Positions 55,479 through 56,539 of a DNA stretch of 56,539 nt are shown here, in pieces. Each line of letters starts with the position of its first letter. Position 1 is the stretch's first letter. The stretch covers positions 1 through 56,539 of the forward strand of contig JAYZFK010000035.1 of the NCBI GenBank assembly GCA_036336835.1. Direction: 5' to 3'. The translations under genes and the position numbers were made by a program. The stretch is from Myxococcota bacterium (GTDB lineage: Bacteria; Myxococcota_A; UBA9160; UBA4427). The notes below the pieces were generated by a model. It made no database searches. It was not told the DNA's origin and worked only from the letters and a program-made list of their open reading frames with translations.

Positions 55479-56539
55479 TCAGCGCTCGTCCCGAAAGCGC
55501 TTGGGCTTGGGGCTGGTGTGAAGCTCGGTCCAGTCGTCGAGCGCGCCCGGCGCGACGATCTCGCAGCCGATGCGTACTCCCAGCTCGTCCTTGAGCAGAC
55601 CTTCGACCGCGCTTCGGATGTGCTCGAACTCGCTCGGCGGGGCTTCGCTGGCCAGCGACAGGACCATCTCGTCTCGGTTGTCCCGGCGGAGTGCGCGCAC
55701 GAAGTAGTCGTTCGAGGCACCGGGCACCTGCAGGGCGAGTTCGCCAATGGCCTCGGGCCAGATGTTCACGCCGCGCAGCTTCACCATGTTGTCGCCGCGT
55801 CCGGCGAAGTGCCCCATGCGCCGCAGCCAGCTGCCGCACTCGCACTGCTCGCGCGGCTCCAGGTAGGAGAGGTCCATGATGTTGTAACGGAACTGGGGGC
55901 TGCCGGTCTTGTAGACCTCGGTCACGACGAGCGATCCGAGCTCGCCGTCGGGCAGCGGCTCGCCGCTCTCCGGGTCGACGACCTGAACGACGTAGGAGTC
56001 CTCGAAGATGTGCAGCCCCTTGCGCGCCGGACACTCGAGCGCCACCCACTGCACCTCGTGGAAGCCGTACGAGGCGTAGTTCTCGACGCCAAACGTCTCC
56101 TCGAGCAGCGCGCGGTCGCCGATGTTGGGCAGCGCGCACAGGTTGAGGTCACGCCGGGGGTCGAGGCCCATCTCGCGGGCGACGTCGGCGAGGTGGAGCA
56201 GATAGTCGCCGGTAGTCAGGATGGCGGTGGCGCCGTAGGCGCGGGCGAGCTCGATCTGTCGACGGCTGCTGGTGACCGTGCCGGTGCCGGTGGTGAGTAC
56301 GACGCAGTTGAGCCAGCGGTAGAGCGCCTCGTCGAAGTTGAAGGCGCCGTTGTGGGTCGAGTAGGCCCACGAGTTGAGCACCACGTCACCCGGGCGGATG
56401 CCCTGCGCGTAGAGGGCCCGCGCGGTCAGAATGGCGCCGACCTCCCGATCCCACTGGGTGTAGAGCGTGGGCCGGGACTTGCCGGTGGTGCCGCCCGACA
56501 TGAACACGCGCATCGGCTCGCGCGGGGCGTCCTCGGGAT
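55479..56539 (-). CDS. Phenylacetate-CoA ligase (PaaK)-like acyl-CoA ligase; 5' end outside the window
   Basis: SGGTTGK, YGFHE, FRYNIMD and GRGDNMVKLRGVNIWP motifs. The frame stays open to the window edge. Confidence 0.9.
   Translation of the reverse strand, partial: PEDAPREPMRVFMSGGTTGKSRPTLYTQWDREVGAILTARALYAQGIRPGDVVLNSWAYSTHNGAFNFDEALYRWLNCVVLTTGTGTVTSSRRQIELARAYGATAILTTGDYLLHLADVAREMGLDPRRDLNLCALPNIGDRALLEETFGVENYASYGFHEVQWVALECPARKGLHIFEDSYVVQVVDPESGEPLPDGELGSLVVTEVYKTGSPQFRYNIMDLSYLEPREQCECGSWLRRMGHFAGRGDNMVKLRGVNIWPEAIGELALQVPGASNDYFVRALRRDNRDEMVLSLASEAPPSEFEHIRSAVEGLLKDELGVRIGCEIVAPGALDDWTELHTSPKPKRFRDER

Noticed and set aside
1..56539. CRISPR arrays, tRNA/rRNA, transposases, integrases, phage or defence genes
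   Set aside because: None seen: no regularly spaced repeats, no cloverleaf-like intergenic sequences and no matching protein motifs. Manual reading could miss short or divergent elements.

Overview
High-GC (roughly 70% by eye), gene-dense bacterial chromosomal segment with about 46 protein-coding genes. I found no rRNA, tRNA, CRISPR array, phage genes or transposase. The gene content includes F420-type oxidoreductases, a P450, a sulfotransferase and DUF1214 protein, amidohydrolases, many lipoproteins, TPR sulfatase-like proteins and a CckA-like hybrid kinase. This suggests an uncultured diderm such as a Myxococcota/Binatota-like lineage (inference only). The best candidate for an undescribed system is a five-gene lipid cassette at 16603-21675. 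It encodes a membrane di-iron desaturase/hydroxylase, a Tam41-like cytidylyltransferase, a DAG/ceramide kinase, a metallophosphoesterase and a MobA-like NTP transferase. It resembles the anionic sphingolipid (ceramide-phosphoglycerate) head-group genes of Caulobacter, but no ceramide core genes are in the window. Other notable items: an M1 aminopeptidase with a histone-H1-like tail; a candidate SOS-type direct repeat before a PA0069-family radical SAM gene; an AftB-like GT-C protein next to a scramblase; a run of four lipoproteins; two Thr-type sulfatase-like proteins; a possibly split DUF1214/sulfotransferase operon; a structured leader with a uORF coupled to a Ddn-family gene; two paralogous uncharacterised beta-rich enzymes; and a truncated phosphotransferase remnant. 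All family calls come from recognising motifs by eye, not from database searches. Start codons were chosen using RBS position, gene overlap and family N-termini.
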